This document shows, piece by piece, positions 7,758-17,540 of a stretch of 37,492 nt of DNA (position 1 is the first letter of the stretch; the number at the start of each line of letters is the position of its first letter). The DNA is from Firmicutes bacterium UBA6418 (GTDB lineage: Bacteria > Bacillota > Clostridia > Peptostreptococcales > Anaerovoracaceae): contig DJPG01000044.1 of NCBI GenBank assembly GCA_002439735.1, positions 1-37,492 on the forward strand, written 5' to 3'. The notes under the pieces are model-generated. The model was not told where the DNA came from. It did no database searches and saw nothing but the letters and a program-made list of their open reading frames with translations. The translations under genes were made by a program, and so were the position numbers.

Positions 7758-8831
7758 TTATCTTCTCGGCTGCGGTCGTTTGTGATGATGCTGTTCGCCG
7801 CATCCGCAAGGATCCGGCTGCGGTCTGCAAGGATCGCCGCACGGATCACATGGCTTGCATGGGTCGCAGCATGGATCGCAAGGTCTGCAAGCTTCGTCCT
7901 CGTCCGTATCGTCGGAAACCGCGCCGCAGTTTTCGAGCGTGTCGGACGGCTTGATCTGCTTCGGGAAAAGGCTCGGGAAGGTTGTGCAGATCGCGTTTTG
8001 CTGGGATTCCAGTGAGACAAAGCCGGTCGAGAGCACGCAGAGCTGGACCGGGACGACGATCTTCTTTTCGCAGCTGACGCAGAGTGCGATGATCAGATTG
8101 CCGCTGACGCGGCCGTCCGGATCAATGGACAGATCACGGCCGCAGTTGTTGGTCGCAAGTCTGGCTTCACATGCCGAGTTGCAGAACTCCGTGAAACGCG
8201 GCAGGAACGCGGTGTCCGTGACGGACGGCATGCAGATCTCAAAAAAGTTTGTAAGTACCAGCGGCTGACAAGCATCCGCGACATTGACGGTCGCGGCGAC
8301 GGTGAACACCGATTCGCTCCCGCAGCTGTCGGCAAGCAGCAGATCCAGCTCAATGATCACATTGCCGGTGATGGTGATATTCTGTGTACCGAAGATCGGC
8401 GTACCCATGCATTTGTCGTCGCATTCGCCGGTTTCCGCGTACAGCAGTTTTTCCGAAAAGTTTCCATCGGCGCCGACCACGGTCAGTTCGTCGCCGGACG
8501 CGTTCTTGAGGAAGGTTGCCCCGGAGATCGAGGTGTTCACATCCAGTTTGAGGTTCGTAGGGTCCTCTACGTTTTCTGGGTTAAAGCTCCGTCTGCATCT
8601 GATATCTATTACTCTCTTGACACGATGTCCGCAGGGGATCGCCGGAGAAAAGCACTGATTCTGAACCGTTTTCATGCCCTGCAGATGCACCAGTACGGCA
8701 TCGTACACTTTCTGCACATAGATCGGTTCGGAAACGACGCGGCTCATATCACCGTCAAATTCACAGAGGACATTGGCATTACAGCAATTTTGATAGAGGT
8801 CTTGGGATACTCTTCCACCAAAGCAGCTCAT
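7758..8831 (-). CDS. Cys-rich spore-surface/exosporium morphogenetic protein candidate (CsxA/CdeC-like)
   Basis: About 30 Cys in 357 aa; PIYVQKVYD near the N-terminus, VQLCV..TGF...PSLFPKQ near the C-terminus, (D/K/R)PC repeat tail; RBS AAGGAGG. Confidence 0.6.
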   Translation of the reverse strand: MSCFGGRVSQDLYQNCCNANVLCEFDGDMSRVVSEPIYVQKVYDAVLVHLQGMKTVQNQCFSPAIPCGHRVKRVIDIRCRRSFNPENVEDPTNLKLDVNTSISGATFLKNASGDELTVVGADGNFSEKLLYAETGECDDKCMGTPIFGTQNITITGNVIIELDLLLADSCGSESVFTVAATVNVADACQPLVLTNFFEICMPSVTDTAFLPRFTEFCNSACEARLATNNCGRDLSIDPDGRVSGNLIIALCVSCEKKIVVPVQLCVLSTGFVSLESQQNAICTTFPSLFPKQIKPSDTLENCGAVSDDTDEDEACRPCDPCCDPCKPCDPCGDPCRPQPDPCGCGEQHHHKRPQPRR

Positions 8832-8869
8832 AAATTTACCTCCTTAAATAGTCCAATATCTTTCATTCT

Positions 8870-8898
8870 TAATATATGCAACCAGAGTAAATTGTGGT
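8870..8898 (-). promoter_or_regulatory. Mother-cell sigmaK/sigmaE-like promoter
   Basis: Minus strand CACA...CATATATTA; the -10 matches CATAnnnT(A), the -35 spacing is imperfect. Confidence 0.45.
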
Positions 8899-8962
8899 AC
8901 AATAGTATAATATCGAAACAGAATTCTTTACAATTTGAAACGAAATACAGGTGATTGCGATA

Positions 8963-9136
8963 ATGAACAAAACAAGCATGGGGATTGTTATAGCCGTTTT
9001 ATTCGGCTTTTGTCTTATTTTATGGGCGGCAGACTCCGTGGGCGCATCGTTCGGCAAAACCGGCGAAAACCTTGCCCTCGGCGTCATCGCTGTTATGTTA
9101 GTGATCGGGCTGATCCGAGCAAGAAAGGAGAAATAA
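8963..9136 (+). CDS. Small 2-TM membrane protein (57 aa), function unknown
   Basis: RBS AGGTGA 8 nt upstream, two hydrophobic helices, basic C-terminus, stop 3 nt before the peptidase start. Confidence 0.65.
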   Translation: MNKTSMGIVIAVLFGFCLILWAADSVGASFGKTGENLALGVIAVMLVIGLIRARKEK

Positions 9137-9139
9137 AAC

Positions 9140-10396
9140 GTGAGTAAGATCGATATCCGAACTTTAGACTGCGGCGTTCGTGTCGTGGTGGAAAAAATAG
9201 ATTATGTGCAGTCGGCCGCTTTCGGTGTCTGGGTCAAAGCCGGCGCCTGCGATGAGACCAGAGAAAATTCCGGCGTATCCCATTTTATCGAGCATATGAT
9301 GTTCAAGGGAACCGAAAAGAGAAATGCCAGACAGATCGCGGAAGACATGGATAAGATCGGCGGACAGATGAACGCGTTCACCGGTAAGGAAGCAACCTGC
9401 TATTACGTTAAGACCATCGGCGTCAACCTCGAAAAGGGCGCGGAGATTCTCCTCGACATGGTCAACAACGCCGTTTTTGACAAGCATGAAATGACGAAGG
9501 AACGTACCGTGATTTTCGAGGAAATGAAAATGATCACTGACCAGCCGGATGATCTTGCGCACGATACGGTGACCGAATTGGTCTTCAAAGGCAATCCGCT
9601 CGGCAAGTCTATCATCGGTAATGTGACTTCGCTGCGCAATATCAGCCGGAATGTGATGACCACCTACAAAGAAGCGGAATATACCTGCGACAGCATTGTG
9701 GTCTCCATCGCCGGAAACTTTGACGAGGATCGATTCTGCAGCTTCCTGGAAGATAAATTTTCGAACCTGAAGGCATCCAAAGAACCAAAAAACACAGAAA
9801 CCGTGCCGTATACGCCGGACTTCAAAGTTCTGGTCAAGGAGATTCAGCAGAGTCATCTGTGCCTGGCGACCAAAGCCGTCAGCCTCACCGATCCGGCCTA
9901 CTACAGCTTTTACGTGCTGAACAACATCATGGGCGGCAGCATGAGCTCGCGCCTTTTCCAGAATATCCGTGAGGAAAAAGGATTGGCGTACAGCGTTTAT
10001 TCCATGTTCACGGCCTACAGCCAGGATGGATACTACAGTATTTATGCAGGTGTCGCGCACGACAAGATCCACGATACGGTCAACGGCATCCTGGCAGAAC
10101 TCGCGGCTCTCGCAGACGGCGAGATCACGCAGGATGAGATCTCGATGGCCAAAGAGCAGCTGAAAGCGAGCTATACGTTCGGTCAGGAAAACATCGCCAG
10201 CCGAATGTTCGCGAACGGCAAAGGACTTTTGCTGAACAATTGCGTTTTTATGCCGGAAGAAGTCTTAGCGGGCATCGACGCCGTAACGGTTGCTGATCTG
10301 GAAGATACAAAAAAACGCATTACCGATCCAAAAACCTACAGTGGTGTCTGCGTCAGCGGCAAGCGTGTCGACCTGAAAAAAATGTGGAAAGCCTGA
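9140..10396 (+). CDS. M16 (pitrilysin) family zinc peptidase
   Basis: HFIEH inverted zinc motif, NAFT, GGSMSSRLFQNIREEKGLAYSVYS; GTG start with AAGGAG. Confidence 0.9.
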   Translation: MSKIDIRTLDCGVRVVVEKIDYVQSAAFGVWVKAGACDETRENSGVSHFIEHMMFKGTEKRNARQIAEDMDKIGGQMNAFTGKEATCYYVKTIGVNLEKGAEILLDMVNNAVFDKHEMTKERTVIFEEMKMITDQPDDLAHDTVTELVFKGNPLGKSIIGNVTSLRNISRNVMTTYKEAEYTCDSIVVSIAGNFDEDRFCSFLEDKFSNLKASKEPKNTETVPYTPDFKVLVKEIQQSHLCLATKAVSLTDPAYYSFYVLNNIMGGSMSSRLFQNIREEKGLAYSVYSMFTAYSQDGYYSIYAGVAHDKIHDTVNGILAELAALADGEITQDEISMAKEQLKASYTFGQENIASRMFANGKGLLLNNCVFMPEEVLAGIDAVTVADLEDTKKRITDPKTYSGVCVSGKRVDLKKMWKA

Positions 10397-10445
10397 TGCG
10401 AAGTTATGCCCATTGCGTTAGAAAAAAAAAGAAAAGGAAACGAGG

Positions 10446-10907
10446 ATGAAAGAAAAAAAAATCGCAGTAAAAATCGTCAGCAAAAGCGGCAGAATGCCGC
10501 TTTATGCGACCGCAGGCTCCGCGGGAGCCGACCTATGCGCCTGCCTGGAGACACCCGTCACCCTGCAGCCGGGAGAACGCAGGTTGATCCCGACCGGACT
10601 GTTCGTCGAGATCCCGCAGGGCGTCGAGGCACAGATCCGCGCACGATCCGGACTTGCCATCAAGCATGGGATCGGGCTGGTCAACGGTGTCGGTACCGTC
10701 GACAGCGATTATCGCGGAGAATGGAACATCCCGCTGATCAACTGGGGACAGGAGGACTATACGATCTATGACGGCGACCGCATCGCGCAGGCGGTTTTTT
10801 GTCGGTGTGAAAGAGCGGAATTCTGTCTGACCGATGCCATCTGTGAGACAGAGCGTGGAGCAGGCGGTTTCGGTCATACCGGTTACCGTGAAAAAATAGA
10901 GGAGTAA
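10446..10907 (+). CDS. dut: dUTP diphosphatase
   Basis: AGADL, RSGLA, GTVDSDYRGE, DRIAQ and RGAGGFGHTG motifs. Confidence 0.95.
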   Translation: MKEKKIAVKIVSKSGRMPLYATAGSAGADLCACLETPVTLQPGERRLIPTGLFVEIPQGVEAQIRARSGLAIKHGIGLVNGVGTVDSDYRGEWNIPLINWGQEDYTIYDGDRIAQAVFCRCERAEFCLTDAICETERGAGGFGHTGYREKIEE

Positions 10908-10912
10908 AACAA

Positions 10913-11923
10913 ATGTTAAGCAGAAGTGACTTAGAGCAACGCGAATTTTTGATCTTGGCTTCGAATGCGGCAAAAAGCGCAGAATCCAAAGGCAGACGAT
11001 TCCCAGAAGAAAAATGCGGGATCCGTACCGATTTTCAAAGAGACCGCGATCGCATCATTCATTCCAAGGCCTTTCGCCGGCTGATGCATAAGACGCAGGT
11101 GTTTCTGGCGCCGGAGGGGGATCATTTCCGTACCAGACTGACGCATACCTTTGAAGTGTCACAGATCGCCAGAACCATCGCCAGAGCGTTAAACCTCAAT
11201 GAAGATTTGACTGAAGCCATTGCGCTCGGCCATGATCTGGGACATACACCGTTTGGGCATAACGGTGAAGAAATCCTGAACAAGATACACCGGAACGGAT
11301 TTGAACATAATGTGCAGAGCCTGCGCGTGGTGGATGTACTGGAAAGTACCGCATTCCGCAAGGGCATGAATTTGACGATGGAAGTCCGGGACGGTATTGT
11401 AAATCATACCGGGTCGCAGCTTCCGTTCACACTGGAGGGGCAGGTCGTCAAGATCAGTGACCGGATTGCTTACATCAATCATGATATTGATGACGCAATG
11501 CGAAGTGGCGTCATCCGTCTAGATGATATTCCGCAGAGCTCCCTGGAACTTTTTGGAAGAAGCCACCGGGAGCGCATTAACAATATGGTTACCGACGTCA
11601 TTGAAAACAGCGACGGCAAGGACCGCATCTATCAGAGCAGCGCCTACAAGGCGGAGCTGGATCATTTGCGTGCCTTCATGTTTGCGAATGTTTACAAGAG
11701 CAGCCGTGTAAAACGTGAGGAAGATCTGAACAAGGTTGACGTTGTGCTGAGTTCCCTGTATGATTATTTCCTGGAGCATATCATCGAACTGCCGCAGGAT
11801 TTGCAGGAGATCGCGGGAACGGACGGACCGGAAGAAGCTGTAAAGGACTATATCGCCGGCATGACCGACCGCTTCGCGTTGAGCACCTATACGGAGCTTT
11901 TCGTTCCGAAAGCCTGGAAATGA
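10913..11923 (+). CDS. dgt: Deoxyguanosinetriphosphate triphosphohydrolase (HD family)
   Basis: RDRDRIIHSKAFRRL, RTRLTH, HDLGHTPFGH, DRIAY..HD and DYIAGMTD motifs. Confidence 0.92.
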   Translation: MLSRSDLEQREFLILASNAAKSAESKGRRFPEEKCGIRTDFQRDRDRIIHSKAFRRLMHKTQVFLAPEGDHFRTRLTHTFEVSQIARTIARALNLNEDLTEAIALGHDLGHTPFGHNGEEILNKIHRNGFEHNVQSLRVVDVLESTAFRKGMNLTMEVRDGIVNHTGSQLPFTLEGQVVKISDRIAYINHDIDDAMRSGVIRLDDIPQSSLELFGRSHRERINNMVTDVIENSDGKDRIYQSSAYKAELDHLRAFMFANVYKSSRVKREEDLNKVDVVLSSLYDYFLEHIIELPQDLQEIAGTDGPEEAVKDYIAGMTDRFALSTYTELFVPKAWK

Positions 11924-11963
11924 TCCGGCTGGGTTGTCGATGGATCTTTCGGTCGTTTAATTA

Positions 11964-11992
11964 TTGACAAATAAGCACCTTTTGTGTAAAAT
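11964..11992 (+). promoter_or_regulatory. Near-consensus sigmaA promoter
   Basis: TTGACA (11964-11969)-N17-TAAAAT (11987-11992). Confidence 0.75.
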
Positions 11993-12053
11993 AAAGGCGA
12001 GATTCGTAACCTGTGAAGGAACATTTAGAAGATAACAAGAGGAGGTCACTGAA

Positions 12054-12272
12054 ATGACACAGAATGATTTTTTAAGATTTGCTTTTGAAGAAGCGGTTAA
12101 CGATCTGAATCCAAATTCTTTGGAACCGGATGTTGCAAGAGAAACTCTGGAAGTTGGCATGAAAGCCTATGCGGAAAGAGAGGGCTGCAAGTTTACCGAT
12201 GAAGAGATCGCAAAGACGATCAATGATGGACTGGCAGAACTGGCAAAAGCAAAGACCGACTATAACTACTAA
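12054..12272 (+). CDS. Small acidic hypothetical protein (72 aa)
   Basis: RBS AGGAGG, own promoter and terminator. Confidence 0.75.
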   Translation: MTQNDFLRFAFEEAVNDLNPNSLEPDVARETLEVGMKAYAEREGCKFTDEEIAKTINDGLAELAKAKTDYNY

Positions 12273-12294
12273 ATTTACAAAACGAATCGACACG

Positions 12295-12328
12295 AAAAGA
12301 CCGGAACGGAAGCTCCGGTCTTTTTTTG
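12295..12328 (+). terminator. Rho-independent terminator
   Basis: AAAAGACCGGA / TCCGGTCTTTT plus T-run. Confidence 0.8.
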
Positions 12329-12481
12329 AAGAAATCTTCACACAATCTTCACAAAAAAAGAAAAAAAGAAAAAAGGAAACGGCGTCTTTTTCTTGTATAT
12401 TAAATAAAGAAGTATTGTTTTCTGTCCTGATTTTCGGAATGTTGGCAGTGCGAAAATCGAGAACTTTTGTAAGGAGTGCGC

Positions 12482-14239
12482 ATGAGTCTATCTTTTCCGA
12501 ATGCGTCTTTGGAGGAATTGAAAAGCAGACTGAATATCGTGGATGTAGTCGGTCGGGTTGTGCCGCTCAAGCGTGCCGGTGCTAATTTCAAAGGCGTGTG
12601 TCCGTTTCATAACGAAAAGACACCTTCTTTTGTCGTCTCGGAACAGAAGCAGATTTTTACCTGCTTTGGCTGCGGCGCCAGCGGTGATGCAATCGAATTT
12701 ACCAAGCGCTATTACAATCTCGAGTTTCAGGAAGCAGTTGAAAAGCTGGCGACCGAGAACGGTATTAACGTAAACTTTCAGAAAAGGGACGGAGACCGTG
12801 AAAAATATTACGAGGTCAACAGAGAAGCCGCGCGCTTCTTTTACCGGGCACTTACCGAGCAGAAGAACGCAGGATATGCCTATATGAAAAAAAGGGGCAT
12901 TGATGATGCGATCCTCAAAAAATTCGGTATCGGTTTTGCAGACGAAAAATGGGACAGCCTGTACCGGTTTTTCAAAGAAAAAGGAATTTCTGAAAAAATT
13001 TTGCTGGAACTTGGTTTAATTTCTGAGAAGAACGGGAAATATTATGATAAGTTCCGTGATCGAGTCATGTTTCCGATCATCAATACCAGCGGCAAGGTCA
13101 TCGGATTTGGTGGACGAACGATCGGACAGGCAGAACCGAAATACCTGAACTCTCCGGAGAACAAGGTTTTTCAGAAAAAAAACAATCTTTATGCCTTAAA
13201 TATGACCAAACAGGACATTGGCAAAGAGGGCTATGCCATTCTGGTGGAGGGATATATGGACGTCATCGCGCTGTACCAACACGGTGTGCGCAATGTGGGA
13301 GCCTCTCTTGGAACCGCGCTGACAGACAATCAGGCGCGGCTGCTTAACCGTTACACTAAAAATGTAATATTGTCCTATGATGCCGATAATGCCGGGCGTA
13401 ACGCGGCGATGCGTGGTATCGAGGTTTTAAGCAAGCAGGATTGTAAAGTGAAAGTCCTGCATGTGACAGACGGGAAGGATCCCGATGAATTTATCAAAAA
13501 GAACGGCAAGGACGCATTCCTCAAGCTGGTGGATCAAGCACTTCCTATGATCGACTATAAACTGCAGGGTGCGGCCAGGGGGCTGGATCTTGCGTCCGAG
13601 GAGGGCAAGCTTGACTTTATGAAAAAAGCTTCACGGATTCTTCAGAGCCTAGGGCCAGTGGAAGCCGATATTTATATACAGAAGATCGCGCGGGATCTCA
13701 AGATCTCGGAGGGCGCGATCCGGCTGGAGACATTTGGCACGCATCCAGAGCCTGGAAGGGTGAGGGAACATCCACAACACCGAACGGAAAAGGAACCGCC
13801 GAAAGAAGAACTTTCGCCCCTAGAAGCAACGGTAATCAAGATTCTCTTGATGAATCCACTCTTTTCCGAGACCCTGTTGGAACACGAGGATCTGATTGAG
13901 AGCCGCTTTGGACGCAAAATCATGAACACGGTCTTCGAACTTTATGGAACCAGGGGGGATTTTGACAAGTCTGAGATTTTGGATCGTCTGGATCCGGAGG
14001 AAAGTCAGATGTTGCTGCGAACTTTGGAACGCATTGTCATCGCAGGCAATGAAGAACAGGTCTTTGCAGAATGCCTGCAAAAAAAAGAGCGGGACAGACT
14101 GCTTACAAAAGAACATGAACTGATTGATCGTCTGTCGTTGGCAGACGAAGAATCGGATGGAGATACACTACAGAAACTGACCAGAGAACTGATGGAAGTT
14201 CAGAAAAAATTGAATGCTCATGGGGGAATTAATTCATGA
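12482..14239 (+). CDS. dnaG: DNA primase
   Basis: [11 protein letters not shown]...CFGC zinc finger, [30 protein letters not shown] and KDPDE; RBS AAGGAG before ATG 12482. Confidence 0.97.
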   Translation: MSLSFPNASLEELKSRLNIVDVVGRVVPLKRAGANFKGVCPFHNEKTPSFVVSEQKQIFTCFGCGASGDAIEFTKRYYNLEFQEAVEKLATENGINVNFQKRDGDREKYYEVNREAARFFYRALTEQKNAGYAYMKKRGIDDAILKKFGIGFADEKWDSLYRFFKEKGISEKILLELGLISEKNGKYYDKFRDRVMFPIINTSGKVIGFGGRTIGQAEPKYLNSPENKVFQKKNNLYALNMTKQDIGKEGYAILVEGYMDVIALYQHGVRNVGASLGTALTDNQARLLNRYTKNVILSYDADNAGRNAAMRGIEVLSKQDCKVKVLHVTDGKDPDEFIKKNGKDAFLKLVDQALPMIDYKLQGAARGLDLASEEGKLDFMKKASRILQSLGPVEADIYIQKIARDLKISEGAIRLETFGTHPEPGRVREHPQHRTEKEPPKEELSPLEATVIKILLMNPLFSETLLEHEDLIESRFGRKIMNTVFELYGTRGDFDKSEILDRLDPEESQMLLRTLERIVIAGNEEQVFAECLQKKERDRLLTKEHELIDRLSLADEESDGDTLQKLTRELMEVQKKLNAHGGINS

Positions 14240-15444
14240 CAACAGAAAAAAAAGTAAACGAAAATCAGAGCAAAAAGACTGAAAACGAAGCTGCTCAGAC
14301 GGACAGTGTGACGCAAACCCCGGAAGAAAAACGGCAGGAGCTGCTGAACATTCTTTTAGAAAAAGGCAAGCAGTCCAAAAATCAGCTGACCTATACCACG
14401 ATCGCTGATGTCTTGGAAAACACGGATCTGGATAAGAATCAGGTGGATGATCTGTATGAAGCCCTGATGTCCAAGGGAATTGAGATCGTTTCCGAAAACG
14501 AGCCGGATGATTTTGAGGTTCTGCTGGAAGCCGATGTGGATATTACCGAAGACCCGGATGTCATCATGGATGAAGCTGAAGATCTTGACCTGGAGGCATC
14601 AATCCCGAAGGGAATCGCCGTCGATGACCCTGTAAGAATGTATCTCAAGGAGATCGGCAAGGTACCGCTTTTGTCGGCAGATGAAGAAATTCTGCTTGCG
14701 CAGCGCATGGAAAAAGGAGATGAGGAAGCAAAGAAACGTCTTTGCGAAGCCAACCTGCGTCTGGTCGTGAGCATTGCGAAACGTTATGTCGGCAGAGGCA
14801 TGTTGTTCCTAGATCTGATCCAGGAGGGCAACCTCGGACTGATCAAAGCCGTTGATAAATTTGATTATCGCAAAGGCTATAAGTTTTCAACCTATGCGAC
14901 CTGGTGGATCCGTCAGGCAATCACGCGTTCCATCGCCGATCAGGCGAGAACGATCCGTATCCCGGTGCATATGGTGGAAACCATCAATAAACTGATTCGC
15001 GTATCCAGACAGCTGCTGCAGACTTACGGACGGGAACCGACCCCGGAAGAGATCGCGGCGGAAATGAACATATCGGTCGAAAAGGTTCGAGAGATCCAAA
15101 AGATCGCGCAGGAGCCGGTTTCGCTCGAAACTCCGATCGGCGAGGAAGAAGACAGCCATCTGGGCGACTTCATCCCGGATGAGGATGTACCGGCACCGGC
15201 AGAGGCCGCGGCATTTTCCATGCTCAAGGAGCAACTGCTCGAAGTGCTGGATACCCTGACGGAACGAGAACAAAAGGTTCTCAAACTCCGCTTCGGTTTG
15301 GAGGATGGCAGAGCCAGAACTTTGGAGGAAGTCGGAAAGGAATTCGACGTTACCCGTGAACGGATTAGGCAGATCGAGGCCAAGGCACTGCGAAAGCTGC
15401 GACATCCGAGCAGAAGCAAAAAACTGAAGGACTATTTGGAATAA
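14236..15444 (+). CDS. rpoD: RNA polymerase primary sigma factor SigA/RpoD
   Basis: [34 protein letters not shown] and [16 protein letters not shown]; follows dnaG. Confidence 0.98.
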   Translation: MTTEKKVNENQSKKTENEAAQTDSVTQTPEEKRQELLNILLEKGKQSKNQLTYTTIADVLENTDLDKNQVDDLYEALMSKGIEIVSENEPDDFEVLLEADVDITEDPDVIMDEAEDLDLEASIPKGIAVDDPVRMYLKEIGKVPLLSADEEILLAQRMEKGDEEAKKRLCEANLRLVVSIAKRYVGRGMLFLDLIQEGNLGLIKAVDKFDYRKGYKFSTYATWWIRQAITRSIADQARTIRIPVHMVETINKLIRVSRQLLQTYGREPTPEEIAAEMNISVEKVREIQKIAQEPVSLETPIGEEEDSHLGDFIPDEDVPAPAEAAAFSMLKEQLLEVLDTLTEREQKVLKLRFGLEDGRARTLEEVGKEFDVTRERIRQIEAKALRKLRHPSRSKKLKDYLE

Positions 15445-15459
15445 GGACTGCCGAAAAAG

Positions 15460-16173
15460 ATGAAACTGACACCGAGACTGCAAAAAATCGCAGATGAGAT
15501 CAAACAAGGAGAAACCATGGCGGATATCGGAACCGACCATGGTTTTCTGCCGCTGTATCTGTGGGAGCAGAAGCTTTCACCCAAGGTGATCATGGCAGAC
15601 ATCAGCAGGGGCTCGCTGGATAAGGCGGCAGAAAATTGCCGGATGTTCCGGCCGGACGAGACCTTTGACCTGCGGCTCGGCAGCGGACTGGAAGTCCTCG
15701 CGCCCGGAGAAGTCGATACGGTCGTGATGGCCGGCATGGGCGGCATCTTGATGAGCGAGCTTCTGGGAAAGAACCTGCAGAAAGCATGGTCGTTCTCTAA
15801 ATATATCCTGCAGCCGCGCAGGCATATCGGAAGACTCCGTTTCTGGTTGTATGACAACGGCTTTAGCATCGTCAACGAACAGCTGGTTCGAGAGGGAAAG
15901 TTTATCTGTGAGATTCTGACGGTAGTGCCCAAAGAAGTAGCCATTACCCGTCAGATGAACGCGGAAGATATCGAGTATGAGTTTCCGTTGAGTCTGGTCC
16001 GATTCCGAAACGACCTGACCGCAGAATATCTGCGGGGCAAGCTGCGTCTGGAAAGGGAGATCCTGGAGTCCATGAAAATGGGTGCGCTGACAACGCCAAA
16101 GGACTTACAGAAACAGGAATATCGGGTTTATTATCTGATGACCCTATTACGGAGGTGTATGGATGAAACTTGA
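15460..16173 (+). CDS. trmK: tRNA (adenine22-N1)-methyltransferase
   Basis: ADIGTDHGFLP and AGMGG motifs; conserved position after sigA. Confidence 0.9.
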   Translation: MKLTPRLQKIADEIKQGETMADIGTDHGFLPLYLWEQKLSPKVIMADISRGSLDKAAENCRMFRPDETFDLRLGSGLEVLAPGEVDTVVMAGMGGILMSELLGKNLQKAWSFSKYILQPRRHIGRLRFWLYDNGFSIVNEQLVREGKFICEILTVVPKEVAITRQMNAEDIEYEFPLSLVRFRNDLTAEYLRGKLRLEREILESMKMGALTTPKDLQKQEYRVYYLMTLLRRCMDET

Positions 16174-16972
16174 TGCTTTGGCAGCAAAAATTGAAACGAT
16201 CGCACCGCTGACCCTGCAGGAACCGTGGGATCATTCCGGTTGGCAGCTGCGTTTGACCGATGGGGAGATCCATCGCGTTTTGATCGCGCTGGAGATCAAT
16301 GAACAGGTGATCGAGGAAGCGATAGCTGTGCGTGCGGCGGTTATTTTGACCCATCATCCATTGCTGTTTACCCCGATCAAAGAGGTGGACTGCAATACGG
16401 TTATCGGCGCCCACATCATCAAGCTGGTACAGAACCGGATCAGTGTATACGCGACGCATACGCCGTTTGACAAGTGTAGCGGCGGCAATAATGACTACAT
16501 CGGTAAATTGCTTCAATTACAAGATGTGCAGCCGATGGAGACCGATGCGGCAGGGTTCTGCCGGTGCGGACTGCTTGCACAAGGAATGACCGCGGCTGCC
16601 TTTGCGGGCTATGCGGCAGAGGCCTTAGGTATCGATCAGAGATTTTTTTCCTTCGCAGGCATGCCGGACGACAGGATCCATAAGATCGGCTGGTGCAGCG
16701 GCGCAGGTGCAGAATTTCTGGATGCGGCGTTCGACGCCGGGTGTGATCTGTTCCTGACCGGAGATGTCAAATACCATACGGCGCAGCACGCCAGAGACAT
16801 CGGTATGAACCTCTTGGACTGCGGTCATTATGCGACCGAAGCAATCTTCTGCGAGAATATGAAAGATTTGCTTGCGGCCCGTATCGGACCGCAGGACGAC
16901 CTGCAGTTGCTGCTTTCGCAGGTAGATCTGAATCCGTTTGTCCTGCCGGAAACCATGGATGTATCCGGCTGA
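16163..16972 (+). CDS. Nif3-like dinuclear metal-center protein (YqfO/YbgI, short form)
   Basis: WDHSG, THHPLLF, HTPFD, TGDVKYH and GHYATE motifs. Confidence 0.9.
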   Translation: MKLDALAAKIETIAPLTLQEPWDHSGWQLRLTDGEIHRVLIALEINEQVIEEAIAVRAAVILTHHPLLFTPIKEVDCNTVIGAHIIKLVQNRISVYATHTPFDKCSGGNNDYIGKLLQLQDVQPMETDAAGFCRCGLLAQGMTAAAFAGYAAEALGIDQRFFSFAGMPDDRIHKIGWCSGAGAEFLDAAFDAGCDLFLTGDVKYHTAQHARDIGMNLLDCGHYATEAIFCENMKDLLAARIGPQDDLQLLLSQVDLNPFVLPETMDVSG

Positions 16973-17020
16973 TGCGGCATATCCTGTGCAGTGAGACGAG
17001 CCAAAAGGGAGATGGATCAA

Positions 17021-17128
17021 ATGAATGACAAAAAGAAAAAGCGAATTGTCCAGATCGCTGTAGTCCTCTTGATTGCAGCTGTCGTGGTTACATACAGCAT
17101 CACATTTGTGGGTGCAGTGTTTTATTAG
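17021..17128 (+). CDS. 35-aa single-pass membrane peptide (DUF4044/Prli42-like profile)
   Basis: MNDKKKKRIVQIAVVLLIAAVVVTYSITFVGAVFY; AAGGGAG RBS upstream; below the ORF-track cutoff. Confidence 0.6.
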   Translation: MNDKKKKRIVQIAVVLLIAAVVVTYSITFVGAVFY

Positions 17129-17138
17129 CGCATTGCTT

Positions 17139-17488
17139 TTCGGGCAGAGCAGACGGTCGCGTGGATTCTTGTGATCCATGAGGAAAGTCCGGGCTCCGCA
17201 GGGCAAGGATGCCGGATAACGTCCGGCGTAGGTAACTATAGGGAAAGTGCAACAGAAACATTCCGCCGAAACAGTACGGCTGTGGTAAGGTTGAAATGGT
17301 GAGGTAAGAGCTCACCGGCGGCATGGAGACATGTCGGCCGTGTAAACCCCATCCGGAGCAAGACCAAAGAGGGAGTAGAGGTGGCTGCCCGTCACCTCCC
17401 GGTAGGTAGGTCGCTGGAGCTTGTCAGCAATGGCAAGTCGAGATAGATGATCGTCAAATACAGAACCCGGCTTACAGCTCTGCCCGAA
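17139..17488 (+). ncRNA. rnpB: RNase P RNA, bacterial type A
   Basis: P1 CGGGCAGAGC/GCTCTGCCCG, GAGGAAAGTCCGGGC, GAAAGTGCAACAGAA, GTAAACCCC..GGAGCAAG, AGATAGATGA and ACAGAACCCGGCTTA. Confidence 0.97.
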
Positions 17489-17511
17489 TGCAATCGATAT
17501 AGTATGAGAGG

Positions 17512-17540
17512 AAGATGGTGCGTGCAGCACCATTTTTTTC
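17512..17540 (+). terminator. rnpB terminator
   Basis: ATGGTGC-gtgca-GCACCAT followed by T-run. Confidence 0.75.

Noticed and set aside
7790..7890. Repetitive GGATC/GCA-rich DNA as a CRISPR array or VNTR
   Set aside because: Explained by the PCDPC peptide repeats of the Cys-rich gene; no repeat-spacer structure.
10446..11923. dut plus dGTPase as an antiphage nucleotide-depletion system
   Set aside because: Both look like housekeeping forms in a core context near dnaG-sigA with no defence or mobile neighbours.
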